Shown: positions 59,990-64,000 of the stretch, in pieces | How the letters are laid out: every line of letters starts with the position of its first letter | Numbering within the stretch: the stretch's first letter is position 1 | NCBI GenBank assembly: GCA_031409275.1 | Contig: JANNXA010000049.1 | Coordinates: 32,001 to 96,000 of the forward strand | Direction: 5' to 3' | Length of the DNA stretch: 64,000 nucleotides | DNA from: Planctomycetota bacterium | GTDB lineage: Bacteria; Planctomycetota; B15-G4; SIAN01 | Translations under genes and position numbers: made by a program | Notes under the pieces: generated by a model | Databases searched by the model: none | Seen by the model: the letters and a program-made list of their open reading frames with translations, nothing else | Told to the model about the DNA's origin: nothing

Positions 59990-61149
59990 CCGTGCTTTCG
60001 AAGAACGCGCTGCGCTTGCACCTCCGTGCCTTCGCCGTGGCGATGCTCGGCCTCCTCGCCGCGCCTCGCGCGCCGGCCCAGGAAGACACTTCGCCCGCGC
60101 AGGACGTCGTCTCGATCCAGGACCGCGAAGGCTACGTCGCGGCGGTGCAGGCGATCGCCGCGGGCAAGGAGCGCGACGGGCTCGCCGTGCTGGCCGAGCT
60201 TGCGGTGCGATTCGCCGACGATCCCGACCTCTATCTGCTGCACTACAACGCGGCGTGCGGTCACGCGCGCGTGGGGGAGCTCGATGCCGGGTTCGCGGCG
60301 CTCGACCAGGCGGTCACGTGCGGCTACACGGTCCATCCGCAGCGCCTGCAGAACCTGCTGTCCGATCCCGACCTCGACCGGCTGCGCGCCGATCCTCGCT
60401 TCGTGCCGCTGCGCGATCGCGCGATCACGCTGCACGAAGCGCTGCGCGATTCCTATCCGGAGCTGATCGCGCCGTACGAGTTCATCCCGCCGCCTCCGGC
60501 CGATCCGGCGGCCGCCGCCACCTCGAGGCCGCTGCTGATCGTCCTTCATCCCTACGGTGCGGAGCGGGCCGACTACGCCCGCCGCTACTTCGAGCCGTTC
60601 TGCGCGGCGCATGGCTTCGCGCTCTTCGCGCCAGGCGGCCCGCAGATGATCGCGCCCGAACGTTTCGCGTTCTTCGGCAGTCCGGCCGACTTCGTCGACG
60701 GATTCCGGATGGCGCAGCGAAAGATCGTGCTGCCGCTCGATGACTTCCGCAGGCGTGCCAACGTCGATCCGCAGCGCATCTACGTGACGGGTTCCGGTCA
60801 GGGGGCCGGACTCGGCTTCGCGATCGCGATGCGCAACCCGCAGTGGGTGCGCGGCGCCGTGTTGTTCGAGGGCGGGTATGCGCCGGCCACTTTGAAGGAC
60901 TGGACGGCGAACGCCGTGAAGTTCGGACGCCGAGTCGCGCTGGTCCATGGCGATGGCGACCCGCGCTATCCTCTCGCCCCGCTCGAGTCGTTCGTCGAGC
61001 AGCTCGAGTCGCAAGGAATCGCGGTGCGGCTGTTCGCTGAAGCCGGCCCGGGAACGTTGACGCCAGAGTCGGTCACCGCGGCGCTGGCCCGCCACCTGGC
61101 CTGGGTCGACGAAGCGCCCTTTGAGCGCCCCGCCGCGCCCGGCCGATGA
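59986..61149 (+). CDS. Secreted TPR + alpha/beta-hydrolase-fold protein, probably catalytically degenerate
   Basis: Signal peptide, 'YNAACGHAR...DPDLDRLR', 'PLLIVLHPYG', 'VDPQRIYVTGSGQGA', 'VHGDGD'. Confidence 0.7.
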   Translation: MTVLSKNALRLHLRAFAVAMLGLLAAPRAPAQEDTSPAQDVVSIQDREGYVAAVQAIAAGKERDGLAVLAELAVRFADDPDLYLLHYNAACGHARVGELDAGFAALDQAVTCGYTVHPQRLQNLLSDPDLDRLRADPRFVPLRDRAITLHEALRDSYPELIAPYEFIPPPPADPAAAATSRPLLIVLHPYGAERADYARRYFEPFCAAHGFALFAPGGPQMIAPERFAFFGSPADFVDGFRMAQRKIVLPLDDFRRRANVDPQRIYVTGSGQGAGLGFAIAMRNPQWVRGAVLFEGGYAPATLKDWTANAVKFGRRVALVHGDGDPRYPLAPLESFVEQLESQGIAVRLFAEAGPGTLTPESVTAALARHLAWVDEAPFERPAAPGR

Positions 61150-61213
61150 GCGTCACTCGGCGGCGCGCGGCGCCCGCAGTTCCTTCACCTCTTTCGGATC
61201 ACCGCTCCCCGCG

Positions 61214-62113
61214 ATGCCATCGTTCCTGACCAGCGCTTTCCGCTTCCCCGCCGTGGCCATTCGGCATGCCGACCTCGTGCGCGCCTTCGTGCGGCGCGAT
61301 CTGGCGGCGCGCTACGAAGGGTCGCTGCTCGGCAAGCTCTGGCCGCTGCTCCATCCGGCGCTGCTGCTCGCGGTCTACGGGCTGGTCTTCTCGAAGATGC
61401 TCGGTGTCCACCTGCGCACCGCCGAAGCGGCGGCCGTCCCGGGCGCGATCGGTGAGGGGTGGGTCGCCACGATCTTCATGGCGTCCGGGATCCTACCGTG
61501 GATCTGCACGGTCGACGCGCTGAACCGCTGCACGCCGGTCGTGGTCGAGAACAACAACCTCATCAAGAAGGTCGCCTTCCCGTCCGAGTTGCTGCCGACC
61601 TACACGACGCTGGTCAGCTTCTTCCAGATGGCGATCGGGCTGCTGCTGCTGGTGCCGCTCTATGCGTGCGTGATGCTCTTCGCATCGGGCACGCCGGTCG
61701 AGCAGAACTGGCATTGGCTGCGCTACCTGGTCTGGTTGCCGGTGCCCGTGGTGCTGCAGTGGATCTTCGTGACCGGCCTCGGGATGTTGCTGGCGGCGGT
61801 CAACGTCTTCGTGCGCGACGTCGGACAGGTGATCCCGCTCGCGACCCTGGTGTGGATGTTCTTCACGCCGGTCTTCTACAAGATCGAGACGATCGCACGG
61901 CAGACGACGGACGTGCCGTGGGTCGCGTCGGCGATCCAATGGAACCCGCTCTACCACCTGCTCGCGATTTATCGCGGCTGCTTCCCCTACGAGCTCGGCG
62001 AGTCCTTCCCGCTACGTTCGGTCGCGATCTTCGCGGCGATCGCGGTCGCGACCTTCATCCTCGGCCATGGCTGCTTCCATCGTTGGAAGGGCCACTTCGC
62101 GGACGAGGTCTGA
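61214..62113 (+). CDS. wzm: ABC-2 polysaccharide export permease
   Basis: 'RDLAARYEGSLLGKLW', 'LIKKVAFP', 'RDVGQ', 'TPVFY', 'WNPL'. Confidence 0.93.
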   Translation: MPSFLTSAFRFPAVAIRHADLVRAFVRRDLAARYEGSLLGKLWPLLHPALLLAVYGLVFSKMLGVHLRTAEAAAVPGAIGEGWVATIFMASGILPWICTVDALNRCTPVVVENNNLIKKVAFPSELLPTYTTLVSFFQMAIGLLLLVPLYACVMLFASGTPVEQNWHWLRYLVWLPVPVVLQWIFVTGLGMLLAAVNVFVRDVGQVIPLATLVWMFFTPVFYKIETIARQTTDVPWVASAIQWNPLYHLLAIYRGCFPYELGESFPLRSVAIFAAIAVATFILGHGCFHRWKGHFADEV

Positions 62114-62117
62114 CGCG

Positions 62118-63548
62118 ATGGCTGCCGATCGCCGCAAGCCCGCGAGCTCCGCCGCTGCCGACGCTGTCGTGACCGCCGACCCCGACTTCGCGTTGCGCGC
62201 CGACCACCTCACCAAGACCTACCGCCTCTACAACCGGCCCTTCGATCGCGTGAAGGAGGTCTTGCTGCGCAAGAAGCTCCACCGCGAGGTCCGTGGCCTC
62301 GTCGATGTCTCCTTCTCGGTGAAGAAGGGCAGCACGCTCGGTGTCGTCGGCAGCAATGGCGCCGGCAAGTCGACGCTGCTCAAGGTGCTGGCCGGGACCA
62401 CGCTGCAGAGCAGCGGCGAGTTCACCACGAACGGCCGCGTCGCGAGCCTGCTCGAGCTCGGCACCGGCTTCTATCCCGGCTTCAGCGGCCGCCAGAACAT
62501 CGTGCTGAACGGCATCGTGAACGGCTACCCGCGCGCCGAGATCGAGGCGAAGGTCGCCGAGATCATCGAGTTCAGCGAGCTCGGCAAGTTCATCGACCAG
62601 CCGATCCGCACCTACTCGTCGGGCATGGTGATGCGGCTCGGCTTCTCGGTCGCCACCGCGATCGACCCCGACATCCTGATCATCGACGAGATCCTCGCGG
62701 TCGGTGACCTGCACTTCCAGAAGCGCTGCGTCGACCGCATCGTCAGCTTCAAGGCGCGCGGCAAGACGATCCTCTTCTGCTCGCACTCGATGTTCCACGT
62801 CGAGGAGATCTGCGAGCGCGCGCTATGGGTGAAGGACGGTCGCATCGAGGTCGAGGCGCCGTCGCGCGACGTGGTGCTGGCCTACTCGAACTTCGAGCGG
62901 GGGCGCCGCTCGACCCACAGCGTGCTCGGTCGCGCCGAGGGGTACGAGGCGCTGCGCGCCGAGTCGGCGGCGCGCCAGGCGGGCGCGGCTCCGGCCGCCG
63001 GCGGCGCCGATGACGCCGAGAGCCTGCCGCCGCCCGATGCGATGCCGGTGATCCTCGGTTCGAGGTTGCGCGACCCGCATACCGGCATCGAAGTCGCGCG
63101 CGCCCAGCTGCTGAAGGACGTCGTGGTCGAGATCGACTACGAGCTGCCGCAGGACCTGCCCGGCATCACGGTCGGCTGCTCGATCGACCGCCTCGACCAG
63201 ATCATGGTCTGCGGGATCGGGAGCACGCTGTCGGGCTTCGCGGCACCGTGCAAGCGCGGGCGCTGGCGGGTGCAGATCGCGCTGCAGCGCCTGCCGTTGC
63301 TGGCGGCGGAGTATTCGCTGACCGCCTACCTGACCGACGAGCGCGCGCTGCACGTCTACCACTCGCAGTCGCTCGGGACGCGCTTCGAGATCGCGCAGCA
63401 CGAGCGACGCGTCGGCATGATCCACATCGACCACACCTTCACTTCCGAGCCGTTGCCGTGGCCGACACGGGCCGAGCGCGCGGCGGAGCTGAAGGCGATG
63501 GGACTCGACCACGCCTCCGGCCCGCCGCCGGGGCTCATTCCGGGCTGA
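62118..63548 (+). CDS. wzt: Polysaccharide export ATPase with Wzt C-terminal domain
   Basis: 'GSNGAGKSTLL', 'LLELGTGF', 'YSSGMVMRLGF', 'IDEILAVGD', then a C-terminal Ig-like domain. Confidence 0.95.
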   Translation: MAADRRKPASSAAADAVVTADPDFALRADHLTKTYRLYNRPFDRVKEVLLRKKLHREVRGLVDVSFSVKKGSTLGVVGSNGAGKSTLLKVLAGTTLQSSGEFTTNGRVASLLELGTGFYPGFSGRQNIVLNGIVNGYPRAEIEAKVAEIIEFSELGKFIDQPIRTYSSGMVMRLGFSVATAIDPDILIIDEILAVGDLHFQKRCVDRIVSFKARGKTILFCSHSMFHVEEICERALWVKDGRIEVEAPSRDVVLAYSNFERGRRSTHSVLGRAEGYEALRAESAARQAGAAPAAGGADDAESLPPPDAMPVILGSRLRDPHTGIEVARAQLLKDVVVEIDYELPQDLPGITVGCSIDRLDQIMVCGIGSTLSGFAAPCKRGRWRVQIALQRLPLLAAEYSLTAYLTDERALHVYHSQSLGTRFEIAQHERRVGMIHIDHTFTSEPLPWPTRAERAAELKAMGLDHASGPPPGLIPG

Positions 63549-63561
63549 GCGGAGCGCCTCC

Positions 63562-64000
63562 TTGCCTGACCTCTCCGCGATCATCGTCAACTACAACACC
63601 GGGGCCTACCTGCAGACGCTGGTCGATGGCCTCGCGCGCGAGAAGGTGACCCGGCGCGATGGCGGCGCCGCGACGATCGAGGTGATCGTCGTCGAGAACC
63701 AGAGCCCGAGCGACCAGGAGCCGTGGCTCAAGCCGCTCGAGGCGCAGGGCGTCACGGTGGTGCGCTCGCCGGTGAACGGCGGCTTCGGCGGCGGCTGCAA
63801 CCTCGGCACCCGCCACGCGCGCGGCCGCCAGCTGCTCTACCTGAATCCCGATGTGCTGATCGTCCCGGGCTGCGTGGCGGCGCTGTCGCATCATCTCGAC
63901 TCCCATCCGCGCGCCGGCCAGGTCGGTCCGCGCGGCTGGTTCGATGCGCACCGCTTCTTCTTCCTGCCGCGCATCGAGCTGCCGACCCTGTCGATGCACT
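63562..64000 (+). CDS. GT2-family glycosyltransferase, 3'-truncated by the window edge
   Basis: TTG start after GGAG. My translation gives 'MPDLSAIIVNYNT...EVIVVENQS...NGGFGGGCNLG...LYLNPD'. It is absent from the supplied ORF track because there is no stop. Confidence 0.9.
   Translation, partial: MPDLSAIIVNYNTGAYLQTLVDGLAREKVTRRDGGAATIEVIVVENQSPSDQEPWLKPLEAQGVTVVRSPVNGGFGGGCNLGTRHARGRQLLYLNPDVLIVPGCVAALSHHLDSHPRAGQVGPRGWFDAHRFFFLPRIELPTLSMH

Overview
High-GC, gene-dense bacterial chromosomal window. The gene content (CRTAC1/ASPIC-UnbV protein, carboxypeptidase-regulatory-like repeat protein, prenyltransferase-fold protein, sulfatase-TPR fusion, many TPR proteins) suggests an uncultured Planctomycetota-like diderm, but this is inference only. 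About 55 CDS are supported; I recognised no rRNA, tRNA, transposase, integrase or CRISPR array. Main blocks: (1) 1-6.5 kb, a dlt-like operon (MBOAT, acyl carrier, stand-alone adenylation enzyme, SGNH protein) continuing into a Wzx-type flippase and a sulfotransferase. (2) 12.6-24.2 kb, the best candidate for an undescribed system. It has sat and cysC (APS/PAPS synthesis) and three paralogous AlkP/NPP-superfamily enzymes with different predicted topologies. It also has two small ribbon-helix-helix proteins, a lipoprotein and CysC that share an LxxLGY-type tail, a small membrane peptide that repeats the YIGPG motif of one AlkP enzyme, a DUF106/EMC3/TMCO1 (Oxa1-superfamily)-like membrane protein, and two sets of direct repeats in the upstream regions. 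(3) 24-46 kb, mixed housekeeping and accessory genes: Mesh1-like HD protein, ferredoxin, RecQ, RdgC-like protein, an MlaF-MlaE fusion, a D2-only Clp ATPase, purple acid phosphatase, CCA enzyme, and an intergenic hairpin mosaic with degenerate attC-like sites at 38.1-38.4 kb. (4) 46.7-55.3 kb, sulfatase-TPR, B12 radical SAM and BMP nucleoside-type ABC transporter genes. (5) 56.8-64 kb, S8 protease, beta-CASP RNase, a probable pseudo-hydrolase, and the start of a wzm/wzt/GT2 polysaccharide locus. All family calls come from motif recognition by eye; no searches were run.
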